The notes under the pieces are model-generated. The model searched no databases and was not told where the DNA came from. It worked only from the letters and a program-made list of their open reading frames with translations. From an uncultured Spirochaetota bacterium (GTDB taxonomy: Bacteria > Spirochaetota > Spirochaetia > SZUA-6 > Fen-1364), in the NCBI GenBank assembly GCA_963734545.1, contig CAVTHO010000004.1, forward strand, positions 480,001-544,000: a DNA stretch of 64,000 nt, read 5' to 3'. Position 1 is the first letter of the stretch. Each line of letters begins with the position of its first letter. A program made the translations under genes and the position numbers. Of the stretch, positions 21,086-31,444 are shown in pieces.

Positions 21086-22121
21086 CTACTTGATGAAGCC
21101 GAGCTTCTTCCTGTCCAGGGTGAGAGCGACGGCGCCGATCAGAACGAGGCCATTCACCGCCTGCTGCGCGTACGGGTTCACGTGCATCAGGACCATACCG
21201 TCATTCAGCGCCGTGACGATCAGGGCGCCGAGAGCGGCGTTCTTTGCCCCCCCGAGCCCGCCGGTCAGGGCGACGCCGCCGACGGCGACCGCGGTGATGG
21301 TGGGAAACAGAAGGCCGTTTCCCATCCGCGATGTGGCGACGCCCAGCCGGCAGGCAAGAAGGAGCGATCCGAGCCCGTAGATGATCCCCGCGATCGTGAA
21401 GACGATGATCTTGATCCTGTCGACCTTGACGCCCCCCTGCTGGGCAAGGGCCTCATCGCCGCCGATGGCGTACAGGTACCGCCCGAATTGCGTGCGGTTC
21501 TGTATGAACTGCATGATGATGGCAAGAACAACCGCGAGAATCGCGATCTGCGGGATGCCGAAGACCATCCCGTTGATGGCGCTTGAATATCCTCTCGTCG
21601 AGAATGCTGATATTGACCGCCCTGTTGATGTAGACCGCCATCCCATAGAGCACCCAGCTCATCCCGAGAGTGGCGATGAAAGACGGGATTCTCAAGCCCG
21701 GTGTTCAGCAGGCCGCTGATCACTCCCGCCACTCCCCCGATGCCCATGGAAATGGGGATGATCCACAGCCCCACGTCGTTTGCGTTGTACTGGTTCTTCA
21801 TGAGCAGCCCGACGAAAATCGCAACCAGCGAGGCCACGCCCTGCACGGAAAGATCGATCCCTCCGAGCACGACGGTCAGGTGCAGCCCGATGGCCAGAAT
21901 CGCGGGAATTGCCGCAAGGCTGAGAATGGTCTGAATATTGGCCGCAGGAGAGATATTTGCCCTTCGTCCCGATGGCGAACACGGCCGACGAGGATCACCA
22001 GGGTGAGGATCTGGGCAACCGTGCCGGTGCGTCGAAGCCACCTGCCCGCGGCCGCCAGGGGAGCGGGGAACCGTTTCCCCATCGAGGCCAGGCGGCCTCC
22101 CTTGCTACTCACTTCTGTCAT
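21086..22121 (-). CDS. Monosaccharide ABC permease (CUT2), frameshifted
   Basis: GGIDLSV, IPSFIATLG, YLYAIGG and AVGGVALTGG in successive frames. Confidence 0.85.
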
Positions 22122-22184
22122 GAGTCGTCAGCCCTCCTTCGGCGAGTGTAGATAAGCCAGAACCATGGCGGCAAGGGAGAAAAT

Positions 22185-22218
22185 CCTCCGCACGGCGGCC
22201 AAAGCCCTCGTGCGGAGG
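22185..22218. other. Stem-loop downstream of the solute-binding protein gene
   Basis: CCTCCGCACG...CGTGCGGAGG 10-bp stem. Confidence 0.6.
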
Positions 22219-22238
22219 TTCATCCATTCACCCTAGAG

Positions 22239-23288
22239 TTAGGGCGCTTCTCCCGCCCACTTCGCGAAGAAGTCCGACAGATCGTACGTGGGCATCTTCT
22301 TGATGTACTCGTTCACGAACTTGTCGACGTTTTCGCGGTTCACCTTGACCCCGGGGATCAACCAGCTGCGGTACTTCGCGGGGAGCTTGGCCACATCGAG
22401 CTTTCCCTGCTTCGCCGCCAGGCACATGGTCAGGCCGAGCTGGGCCTGGTAGCGGGAGTCCTGGAACTCCGTCGAGATCATGTATCCCGCCTTGATCGCA
22501 TCGAAGGCCTCGGGGTTGCCGTCAGTGCCGGTCACCAGCACCTTGCCCGCGAGCCCGGCTTCCTTCAGGGCCTGGATGGCGCCCATGCCCATGTTGTCGT
22601 TCGCGCACCACACGCCGTCGACGTCCGGGTACGCGGCAAGCAGCGCCTTGGTGGCGTTGTAGGCCTTTGTCGTGTCCCACTCCGCGCCTTCCCACTGCAG
22701 GAGAGTCACGCCGGGGTACTCCTTCAAGGCTTTCTGCAGACCCTGGAACCGTCCGATGGCCGCATTGTTGGCCAGCATGCCCTGGATGGCGACGATCTTG
22801 CCCTTGTTCGGGGTCTTGAAGGTCTTGAACAGCTCCTTGGCATTGTAATAGCCCTGGCCGACAGCGTCGAAGGCAATGTGCGACACCCAGTACTTATAGT
22901 TCGTCACTTTCACGTCGGGCGGCTTGTTCCACCAGTTGATCCAGTACGCGCCTGCAGACTCGAGCATCTTGGCGATCGGGACAACGTCGGGCGCTTCGTT
23001 GGGGTCGACGCTCACGACGATGTTGCCGCCCGTCTTCGCTATTTCCGCCCTCAGGTCCGCGAATTGCTTCTGACTGTTTCCTTCGCTGGACAGGACATCG
23101 ACGGGCAGTCCCAGCTTCTTTCCCAGTTCCCGTGCCCCCACCGCGTAGTTCGCGTGATACGGGTTGTCCAGTCCCCTGATCATCACGACCAGCGTGGTCT
23201 TCTCTGGGCGCTGACGGAGAGGGTCATGGTCAGCAGCAGGACCAGCGCCATCAGACAGACTACCAGCCACTTTCTGCTTCATTCTCAT
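22239..23288 (-). CDS. Sugar ABC substrate-binding protein (RbsB-like); signal peptide probably garbled by compensating indels
   Basis: LDNPYH, VWCANDNMGMGAIQAL and VTGTDG motifs. Confidence 0.9.
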   Translation of the reverse strand: MRMKQKVAGSLSDGAGPAADHDPLRQRPEKTTLVVMIRGLDNPYHANYAVGARELGKKLGLPVDVLSSEGNSQKQFADLRAEIAKTGGNIVVSVDPNEAPDVVPIAKMLESAGAYWINWWNKPPDVKVTNYKYWVSHIAFDAVGQGYYNAKELFKTFKTPNKGKIVAIQGMLANNAAIGRFQGLQKALKEYPGVTLLQWEGAEWDTTKAYNATKALLAAYPDVDGVWCANDNMGMGAIQALKEAGLAGKVLVTGTDGNPEAFDAIKAGYMISTEFQDSRYQAQLGLTMCLAAKQGKLDVAKLPAKYRSWLIPGVKVNRENVDKFVNEYIKKMPTYDLSDFFAKWAGEAP

Positions 23289-23401
23289 TACCTCCTTGAA
23301 ATTGATTGGAACTCCATGTCCTCAAGCACATGCGCCTGGTTCCTGCCACACTCCTTCTCTTGCCCGCCACCTCCTTTCCTCTGCGCAGCCGGGATCGCCT
23401 C

Positions 23402-24164
23402 CTACTCAGCCGTCAGGCCGCCGTCCAGCACCAGGATGGAGCCGGTCATGAACTCGGAATCATCCGATGCCATGTAAAGCGCCGCCTTGGCGACATCGTC
23501 GGCCGTGCCGACGTGCGGCAGCGGCTGCCAGTGGCGTTTTTCCTCCGTTGGGTTCCCGCCCGGCTTGTAGTGCGCAACCACGGTGTCTCCCTGGGCCGTG
23601 TCGGTCATGCCGGGGCACAGGCAGTTGACCCGCACGTTGAAGGGCGCGAAGTCCAGGGCCATGCTCCGCGAGAGGTTGACGATGCCGCCCTTGGAAGCCG
23701 CGTAGGCGGAGGCGTCCGCGCGCGCCGACCAGGCCCGCGACCGACGACACGTTGATGACCACTCCCCGCTTTCGTTCCATCATGCCGGGCAGAAAATGCC
23801 GGGAGACCAGAAAGATGCCCTTCAGGTTCGTGTCAAGGACGCTGTCCCAGGTTTCCTCATCCAGGTCGATGACCCGGCCCGGCCTCCAGATGCCGGCATT
23901 GTTCACGAGGATGTCGACACCGGGTAGTCCTTGAGGATCCGCGCCGCGGCCTTGCGACCTGATCCGACCTTGGATACGTCCGCGACGTAGAATCTGCAGT
24001 CCCCGCCGTCCTTGCGGATGCTCCTGCACGTCTCCTCGCCGCGGGCGCCGTCCCTTCCGATCAAAGCCACCCGCGCGCCTTCACGGGCAAAGAGACGCCC
24101 GATGGCGGCACCGATGCCGATAGCCGCCTCCCGTTATCACTGCTACCTTGCCCTCGAGCTTCAT
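23402..24164 (-). CDS. Short-chain dehydrogenase/reductase, frameshifted
   Basis: MKLEGKVAVITGG, LVNNAG, NVSSVAG, VRVNCLCPG and VLDGG in different frames. Confidence 0.88.
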
Positions 24165-24959
24165 GCCCTGCCCTCCTCGTCCCGCAAGCTCCGAGTGGTT
24201 TCGCGGCACTTCTCCGTAAAAAGACCGACGTCCACCGAATAGCACAGGTACTTCACGCCCGCCGCGCGCCATTTCCTGGCCGCCGGGATCGTGTCGACGA
24301 AAGTGCCCACGACCACGTTGTGCGTCAGGCACTCATCTGACGATGGTTTTCATGGCTTCCGTCACGCGGGGATTGTCGACATCACCCGGGACACCAAGCG
24401 ACTGGGAGAGGTCATACGGCCCGACAAAGATGATGTCCACGCCCGGAACCGAGAGGATTTCCCGTATGTTCCTGACGGCCTCCACGCCTTCCAGCTGCAG
24501 GACGATGACGTCGTGTTCGCCGGGCAAAGTACGTCGTAGCGGTCGAGCGAAGAATAGCCGGCGGCGCGGACGAATCGGCACACCCCTCTCATGCCCAGGG
24601 GAGCGAAACGCGCCGCGTGCACCACGCCCTCCGCGTCCTCCTTGCTGCCGATGCTCGGGGCCTGAATCCCTCCGGCGCCCACGTCCAGCACCTCTGAAAT
24701 AAGGGACGGGGTATTGTGCTTGACGCGCACGATCGGGAAGAGACCCGTTACCTCGGCGGCCCTGATGAGGTTCTGGAGGGACTGCACGCGTGTTCGGCCC
24801 GTGTTCCAGGTCCAGGACGACGAAGTCGAAGCCCGCGTGACCCATGATCTCGATGAAGGCGGGATCCTGGGACTTCGAGAACGTCCCCACGACCATCCCC
24901 TGAGACAGCGCCTTTCGGAAGCGCTGGATGGAGCTTGCCCGGGCGGAACTGGAAACCAT
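24161..24959 (-). CDS. HpcH/HpaI (GarL-like) aldolase, frameshifted
   Basis: GFDFVVLDLEHGP, VLDVGAGGI, QLEGVEAV, FVGPYDLSQSLG. Confidence 0.85.
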
Positions 24960-24993
24960 CCCTCATCCTTTCAGACTGAATAAAACTACTCGA

Positions 24994-25070
24994 ATTGAAA
25001 TTATGTTTCATCCGGAGCGTATCATCGGGCGCGGACCCCTGTCAAGCTTTTTTTAAAATACAGTTTCAAA
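24994..25070. promoter_or_regulatory. Two KdgR-like operator boxes flanking the aldolase-operon promoter
   Basis: TTGAAATTATGTTTCAT (24995-25011) and TTAAAATACAGTTTCAA (25053-25069); minus-strand TTGACA-N18-TACGCT lies between them. Confidence 0.65.
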
Positions 25071-25146
25071 AATCTCTCTGGACGACCGCTCCGCGCCATG
25101 GTACTATCGTCCATTGCCCCGGAATGTGATCCAGGAAGGACGGCGC

Positions 25147-26001
25147 ATGAATAAACCGGCTCCTGCAAAGGCAGTCGTCAAGACGATGAGGATACTCGAG
25201 TACCTCTCTCACGAGAGGAGCGTCGGCATCATCGAGCTCACCCGGCGGGTCTCCGCCCACGCGAACGGCGAGCAGATGAACAAGAGTACCGTGTACAGGT
25301 TTCTCTCCTCCCTCAAGGAGCTCGGTTTTGTCCGGCAGGATCCCGAGACCGAGCGCTACAGCCTCACACTCAAGCTCTTCGAGATCGGCATGTGCGTCCT
25401 CGACCGGCTGGATATCTGGCGGGAAGCGGATCCGGTGCTGAAAGAGATCGCCCTGGTCACGGGGGAGACAGTCCACCTGGCGACCCTGGACGACACAAGC
25501 CTCGTGTACCTGGGAAAAATCGACTCCTTGAAAACCCTTCGCGTCTCCATGATGTCGCGCGTCGGCCAGACCGCGCCGACACACTGCACCGGCGTGGGGA
25601 AGACGCTCCTTGCCCATCTTTCTCCGTCACGGCTGGACGAAATCCTCGCGAAGGAGAAGCTTCTTCGCTACACGCCCCGGACCCTCACGCGCAGGGCTGA
25701 CCTGGACAGGGAGCTCGCCTCCATCCGGGAGCAGGGGTACGCGATCGACAACGAGGAGCATGAGGCAGGCGTGCGCTGTGTCGCCGCCCCGGTGCGGGAC
25801 AACAAGGGAACAGTGTGCGCCGCGGTGAGCGTTTCAGTTCCGACCGTAAGGCTCCCGGACAAGGAGATCCCGCGCTACAGGGACATCATTGTTCAGGCGG
25901 CCGGGGAGATCTCGAAAAGGATCGGCTATCGCGCTCCGCGCGACGGCGGCGCGCGGCTGCCCGAGAGACAGCCCGGCGCCGGTCGGCGCGCGCGCCGCTA
26001 G
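25147..26001 (+). CDS. IclR family regulator (KdgR-like)
   Basis: KSTVYRFL HTH, TGETVHL, HCTGVGK, GYAIDNEE..GVRCVAAPV. Confidence 0.93.
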   Translation: MNKPAPAKAVVKTMRILEYLSHERSVGIIELTRRVSAHANGEQMNKSTVYRFLSSLKELGFVRQDPETERYSLTLKLFEIGMCVLDRLDIWREADPVLKEIALVTGETVHLATLDDTSLVYLGKIDSLKTLRVSMMSRVGQTAPTHCTGVGKTLLAHLSPSRLDEILAKEKLLRYTPRTLTRRADLDRELASIREQGYAIDNEEHEAGVRCVAAPVRDNKGTVCAAVSVSVPTVRLPDKEIPRYRDIIVQAAGEISKRIGYRAPRDGGARLPERQPGAGRRARR

Positions 26002-26913
26002 GCGAGATCAGGGACGCCGCTATCGAGGCCGCGAGAAGCGCGGCAATGACTCCCAACGACACTCCGATCGGCACTTCGAGCACTCCCGAGAAAAGCATCT
26101 TGGCTCCGACAAAGAGAAGCACCGCGGCAAGGCCCAGATTCAGGTAGCGGAACCTGTTCATGACCCCCGCAAGCAGGAAGTACAGCGAGCGAAGGCCCAG
26201 GATCGCAAAGATGTTCGATGTGAAAACGATGAAAGGGTCCCGGCTGACCGCGAAGACAGCGGGTATGGAGTCTACGGCGAATACGACATCCGTGACCTCA
26301 ACGGTCACGAGGGCCAGGAACAATGGCGTGATCATCCACCGGCCCGCGCGGCGGATGAAAGAACCGGGGCCCTGGTGGTCTGCCGCCAGGGGGAGCACGC
26401 GGGACGCAAGACGCGTCACGGGGTTTCGTTCCGGATGCGCCTCTGCGTCGCGGCGCACCAGAAGCCGGCACCGGTCACGACAAGGATCCCGCCAAAGACG
26501 TAGATGGCCCAGTGGAACGCTTCCAGAAAGGCCCCGCCCGCCAGGATGAACACACCGCGCAGGAGCAGGGCGCCGATGATGCCCCAGAAGAGAACGCGAT
26601 GCTGGAGACTGTCCGGCACTGCGAAAGACGAGAAGATGACGATGAAGACGAACAGGTTGTCGACTGAAAGGGCCTTCTCGATCACGTACCCGGCGAGGAA
26701 CTCCAGCCCTTTCTCCGCGCCGAACCACACGGTGATCCCTGCATAGAACAGAACCGCGAGACCGATCCAGACGCCGGACCAGAGAAGAGCCTCTCGAAAT
26801 CGAATGGCGTGCGTCCTCTTATGGAAGACTCCCAGGTCGAGGGCGAGCATCGCAAAGACAAACAACAGGAACCCGGCCCAGAGGGCCGGGTTCCCTATGG
26901 ACTGCATGTGCAC
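25886..26913 (-). CDS. TerC/Alx family membrane protein; frameshift near 26470
   Basis: EKALSVDNLFVF, QHRVLFWG, DVVFAVDSIPAV, SNIFAILGLRSLYF. Confidence 0.9.
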
Positions 26914-26968
26914 CGTCTCCGCCCTCTACGCGAGGGACTGGCCGGCGCTGCCGGGCCCTCGGAGCACC

Positions 26969-27310
26969 TCAGAGAGAGCGCCGGCAGACGCCCGGCGACT
27001 CATGTCCCTTGACCGTTCGCGCATCCGCGTGACCGCGGTCACGGCGGCATCGACCGGCCTTGCGCACCGCGCCCAATGGATCCCGGTCCGTTTCCAGGAT
27101 GAACAGCCTCCCGCGCGGGCGCAGCCTGACATCGACGAAGGCGGAAATATCTTCTCCGCCCCGGGGACCGTTCTGGTCCACAATCCGCACCGTCACCCGG
27201 AGAATTCGGTGAGCGAGCTGACCGAAGCCCCCTCGCAGCATCGACTCCACCTCCCCGCGCGCTCTTCCGTCGAGCTCGAGGTTGACCGTCCTGATCAGGA
27301 TTTTCATCAC
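26969..27310 (-). CDS. HPF/RaiA-like (S30AE-family) small protein
   Basis: RILRVTVRIVDQNGPRGGED motif; lies between nhaR and terC; GGAGG SD. Confidence 0.7.
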   Translation of the reverse strand: MMKILIRTVNLELDGRARGEVESMLRGGFGQLAHRILRVTVRIVDQNGPRGGEDISAFVDVRLRPRGRLFILETDRDPLGAVRKAGRCRRDRGHADARTVKGHESPGVCRRSL

Positions 27311-27406
27311 ACACCTCCGCCGTCACCGGCAGAGAAAGGATAGCCTCGAATCAAAGGTTAGACAAATAGATAATCTTCCATCAATTATGCGCTTAAATCG
27401 AAATAA

Positions 27407-28337
27407 TCAGCCCCCCGTCTTTCTCCCCCGGGCCCTGCCTCGGTCAATGATATCCCGCGCCGCATCGCAGACGGCCGCCACCGCGGGGTGCTTGATCTGC
27501 CGCTCGACGCTCACGGCGTAGAGCTGCTCGCGCACCCCCGGGATCACGCCGACGGGAACCACGTCGTACTGGCGGGCCACTTCCGCCGCGATCGGCGAAG
27601 GAGCGGGGAAGAGACCGGCCCCCCTCTGCCCGAAGGCCATGAGGAGCGCGCTGTCCTCGAATTCGCCGATGATATCCGGCCTGATCGAGGCGTCATCCAT
27701 CCACTTGTCCAGGGAACGACGCAGCATGGTGTTCTCCGTCGGCAGAAGCAGCGGCGCTCCCTCCAGGGACTTCGGGAAAGCCTTCCGGTACCGGGACGCC
27801 ATCTCGGGCACTCCGAAGAAAGTGATGCCATACTCCCCCAGCAGGTGGCTGAAAGCCTTCACTTTCACGTGCGGAGCAACCGGTGCAGTCGGAAAGAATC
27901 ACGTCGAGATTGTGCAGGGCAAGCTCGGCCACGAGCCGGTCCGGCTTGTCCTCCCTGCACACCAGGCGCACCGGCTGCCCCATCGAGAGGGCCCGCTCGA
28001 GCACCCGCTGCGCAATCAGCTTCGGCACCACGTCCGCCACTCCGACCGAGAGCCGCAGCGGCCTGCCCACGGGCCTGTCCTTCAGCGTGTCCTGGAGCTC
28101 GCGCCCGAGGCCGAAGATCTCCTCGGCGTAGCGGAGAACGACACGTCCGCTCTCCGTGAGCACGAGACGGCGCCCCTCCCGCGCAAAGAGGGGGTGACCC
28201 AGAACGTCCTCGAGCTCGTGGATCTGCTTGCTCACCGTGGAAGGAGCCAGGCCGAGCTGGGCGCACGCGCGGGCGAGCCCTCCCTCGCGCGCCACGTGCC
28301 AGAAGTACAGAAGGTGGTGGTAGTTCAGCCATTCCAT
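27407..28337 (-). CDS. nhaR: LysR family activator NhaR-like; frameshift near 27890
   Basis: MEWLNYHHLLYFW, VGVADVVPKLIA, GEFEDSALLMAFG, ERQIKHPAV. Confidence 0.9.
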
Positions 28338-28343
28338 GGGGCT

Positions 28344-28372
28344 ACTATATTTCGTTTCAAGCGAAGATTCAA
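28344..28372 (-). promoter_or_regulatory. Leaderless nhaR promoter with a LysR-type box in the spacer
   Basis: TTGAAT-N17-TATAGT ending 6 nt before the ATG; TTCG-N7-CGAA at 28351-28365. Confidence 0.65.
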
Positions 28373-28462
28373 GAAGAAGTGATCTGTTTGTCGAACCTTA
28401 CTGCCGAGGTCTCGAAGCCGATCGTGCCCCCGAGTGCGTTGGGGGAAATCCCTGGACGGCTT

Positions 28463-29866
28463 TTACCCGACCCTCCGGATAGAGCGCATCAACCGGTTTA
28501 TCTCATCCAGCGGGGGGATGAATTTACGGAAGACTATTGTAAACCGATAGCCCCGGGTCGATCTTGCCGGGATCTCCACACCCAGGCAGTCAGCAACAGG
28601 ACCGGGCAGATCAGGGAACAGGGCGCTCTTCGCAGGCACAAAGGTATAGCTGTGTCCGTCGTACTTCAGGTACGCCATCCTTGATGGGACAGAGACGAAA
28701 TAGATGAGGAATGTGGATCGTCCCCCTCCCACGACGGCGGAAGAGCCGGGCCGCAGGTAGTGCACATTGCGAAAGCCGATGTGCCGGTTCTGCATGGTCA
28801 CGACCATTTCCACGAGGGGATGCCCCTCGCGCGCTGACAGGTGCAGGTCGCCGGCCAGCGCAGGGCGCAGACCTCGACGGAGGATCCGGATGCCAAGGAG
28901 CACAAGGACAATGACCGCCGCTGCGAGGAGCGCCAGGATCAGGATCAGCCAACCCGAGCGCCCGAAAAAGAAAGCTTTTCCCGGCAGGCCGCCTTGCTCA
29001 GGGGCTGATGCAGTCGGCTGCTCAGACTGCTCCGCGGCTGCCGGGCCCGGAGGACCGGCCTGGGGTCCAGCCTCCGCTCCAGGTCCCAGCTGCTCGTTGC
29101 CTTGCGCCTGGGCTTCTGCTTGAGGGGCGCCCGTGCTTCCTAGGCTGGCAGCGCCGGCAGCCACCGAGGTGCTTGCCTGTCCGGGGCGGGCAGATGCAGG
29201 GCCGGGGGCAGCCGTGGCGGTCTTGGGGCCGGCCATCGCAGGACCCGGAGCTGCCCGGCCGAGCGGGATCACCAGCCGCGTCCTGCCCGGCCAATCCTTG
29301 TAGCTGAGAGCCAATCCCGCGTTGTCGGCAGTCAGGTTGGACATTACCTGCGTGGTGTATTTGAGCGACAGTGCCGCGATGTTTTTCCGGTAGGCTGCGT
29401 TGTAGTTCGTCACGAGCACAGCCAGCCTGCCCGCCTGGGCAGGGCTATAGCTGAAGGCAGCCTCGAGGTACCCCGCCACGATTCTCTGCACGTTTCTTAT
29501 GTCGTTGACGTGCGCATCCGGCCGGAAGACGATGATGTCCGCGCTGAGCAGGTTCAGCTGGGCCGGGTCGAAAGCCCGGACCACGTCGTACTTCCCGAAG
29601 TAGCTGCCCCGGCTGCCATTGGCAACCAGAGCGCGCGCCATGACCGCCCCTATCGCCTTGATCTGAGGGACAGACTCCACTATCGGCGCCCGTCCCGTAA
29701 AACTCTCAAAGACGAATACGCGGCCTGCCGTCGTGTCGAGCTCGCCCCGGGCGAGCTCCTGCGGCCAGCCCGGTGCCGCAGCTAGGCTCAGCAGGAGCGC
29801 GATGAACGGTATGACCCCTCTGATCGCCACGACCTTTGCGAAGCGGCACGTTGTAGGCCTCATCAA
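28463..29866 (-). CDS. P83/100-like spirochaetal domain + Ala/Pro linker + TM helix + cytoplasmic domain
   Basis: RNVQRIVAGYLEAAFSYS...YNAAYR...NAGLALSYKDWPGRTRLVIPL resembles the Borrelia P83/100 N-terminal region; signal peptide after GGAGG. The ORF-track start at 30142 overlaps the next gene. Confidence 0.75.
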   Translation of the reverse strand: MMRPTTCRFAKVVAIRGVIPFIALLLSLAAAPGWPQELARGELDTTAGRVFVFESFTGRAPIVESVPQIKAIGAVMARALVANGSRGSYFGKYDVVRAFDPAQLNLLSADIIVFRPDAHVNDIRNVQRIVAGYLEAAFSYSPAQAGRLAVLVTNYNAAYRKNIAALSLKYTTQVMSNLTADNAGLALSYKDWPGRTRLVIPLGRAAPGPAMAGPKTATAAPGPASARPGQASTSVAAGAASLGSTGAPQAEAQAQGNEQLGPGAEAGPQAGPPGPAAAEQSEQPTASAPEQGGLPGKAFFFGRSGWLILILALLAAAVIVLVLLGIRILRRGLRPALAGDLHLSAREGHPLVEMVVTMQNRHIGFRNVHYLRPGSSAVVGGGRSTFLIYFVSVPSRMAYLKYDGHSYTFVPAKSALFPDLPGPVADCLGVEIPARSTRGYRFTIVFRKFIPPLDEINRLMRSIRRVG

Positions 29867-29960
29867 CAAGGGAGCCCTCCTTTGGTAAGGCCATCGCCTT
29901 TCCGACGGCACTGCGGACCGCGTGGAGTCTATTTGCAGGAATCTGACCGGTCGCCGAACG

Positions 29961-30398
29961 TCAACGCTCGCACATCTCCTTGAGCCTCTGAAGGGCCTTG
30001 GGCCAGACCTCCTTGAACATCTTCTCGAAACCGTCGTTGGAGTCAATTTCCACGACCACCTCTGTTGTGCCATCGGCTTCATGAAAGGAGTAGTTCTCAT
30101 ATGCCGGCGCCCAGGCCGTTGCTTCCGGGCTGTTGGTATCATCTACACCGCCCTTCACGAATCCGAGATGCCTGATCGACACGAACTCGTACTCTCTGTT
30201 CTCAGCGATTTCCGCGGTCATCCCTTCGCCGCCGGGGGACAGAAACCTGATCTTCGCGCCCTCGGTCCAGGATCCCTCATAGTAGGATCCCGGAGTGAAA
30301 GCCTCCGTCCATTCTCGATATGTCTCGGGCTCGAGCATTGTCTGCCACACATTCTTCCTGGGCGATTTGATGGAGATGGCGAAGCGAAGTTTCCTCAC
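29961..30398 (-). CDS. SRPBCC/START domain protein
   Basis: VWQTMLEPETYREWT...GSWTEGAKIRF...WPKALQRLKEMCE; GAGGAGG SD. Confidence 0.85.
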   Translation of the reverse strand: MRKLRFAISIKSPRKNVWQTMLEPETYREWTEAFTPGSYYEGSWTEGAKIRFLSPGGEGMTAEIAENREYEFVSIRHLGFVKGGVDDTNSPEATAWAPAYENYSFHEADGTTEVVVEIDSNDGFEKMFKEVWPKALQRLKEMCER

Positions 30399-30590
30399 CG
30401 CAGCCTCCTCGCGTCGACTTCATCTTGAATATACCGCGGACCCCGCGTAAAGCCCATTCGGCGATGCGGCCGTTGATTCAGGCGCCAGGACCGGCGGCGG
30501 GATGCCGAGCCGGCGAGCGGCCACGATGATCCCCGTCCCACGGATTTGACCTTCCCTCCCGTCGTGAGTATTCATTCTCATGGAATCGGA

Positions 30591-31241
30591 ATGAAGATCG
30601 AAATCTGGTCTGACATTGTCTGTCCATGGTGCTACATCGGCAAGAGGCGATTCGAGGCCGCGCTCGCCGGCTTCGCGCATCACGATTCCGTGCAGGTGGT
30701 CTGGCGCAGCTTCGAGCTGGACCCTGACGCGCCGCAGAGCCTGGGCATGCCGCTCAACGAGATGCTCGCGAAAAAGTACGGCATGTCCCTCGCGGAAGCG
30801 AGCTCCGCCAATGAACGAGTCACCACGATTGCCGCGGCAGAGGGTCTTGCCTATCGACTCGACATCGCAAAGACGGGGAACAGCTTCGCGGCGCATCGAC
30901 TCGTTCACCTGGCCGGCACACGGGGGATCGCCGAAGCGCTGCAGGAACGGCTCATGAAGGCGTACTTCAGCGACGGCCTCGCAATCAGCGACCCCGAGGT
31001 CCTGATCCGGCTCGCCGCCGAGGCCGGCATGGATGCCGGGGAGGCTCGCACGGCGCTGGAGGGTGGCGCGTTTGCCGACGAGGTGCGCAGCGATGAAGAG
31101 CGGGCTGCGCAGTTCGGCATCAACGGTGTGCCCTTCTTCGCCATCGAGGAGCAGTGGGGAATCTCCGGTGCGCAGCCGGTGGAGGTCTTCAAGAACGCAT
31201 TGAGCGAGTCGTGGGAAGAGCTGGCGCGCCTGGCGGGCTGA
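30591..31241 (+). CDS. DsbA family oxidoreductase (FrnE-like)
   Basis: IWSDIVCPWCYIGKRR, GINGVPFF, ISGAQP. Confidence 0.93.
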   Translation: MKIEIWSDIVCPWCYIGKRRFEAALAGFAHHDSVQVVWRSFELDPDAPQSLGMPLNEMLAKKYGMSLAEASSANERVTTIAAAEGLAYRLDIAKTGNSFAAHRLVHLAGTRGIAEALQERLMKAYFSDGLAISDPEVLIRLAAEAGMDAGEARTALEGGAFADEVRSDEERAAQFGINGVPFFAIEEQWGISGAQPVEVFKNALSESWEELARLAG

Positions 31242-31283
31242 TCGATCGAGAGCGGAGCCCGTTGACAGGCAAATCCATTCCTT

Positions 31284-31444
31284 GGCGCGGGCATCAGCGT
31301 GGAAAGCGGCATCCCGCCCTTTCGCGGCCCAATGCGGCGCACGAGATGCTGGCCGCCTGGGAAGCGCGGGCGGCTGCAGGTGCTGATCACCCAGAACATC
31401 GACAACCTGCACCACACGGCGGGCAGCAGGAATATCGTCGAGTT
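31284..31444 (+). pseudogene. Degenerate fragment of sirtuin cobB with an internal deletion
   Basis: Nucleotide similarity to the intact cobB coding region ([13 protein letters not shown] and LITQNIDNLH codons), with 124 bp missing between two CGCGGC repeats. Confidence 0.85.

Noticed and set aside
18500-28400. Dense frameshifts as programmed recoding or mass pseudogenisation
   Set aside because: They are single-base indels in otherwise well-conserved genes, I saw no accompanying nonsense decay or slippery-site pattern, and they also hit housekeeping genes (truD, arcC). Sequencing or assembly error is the simplest explanation.
30580-30594. Four-codon ORF (MESE) overlapping the frnE-like start as a leader peptide
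   Set aside because: Too short to distinguish from chance and no attenuator structure is visible.
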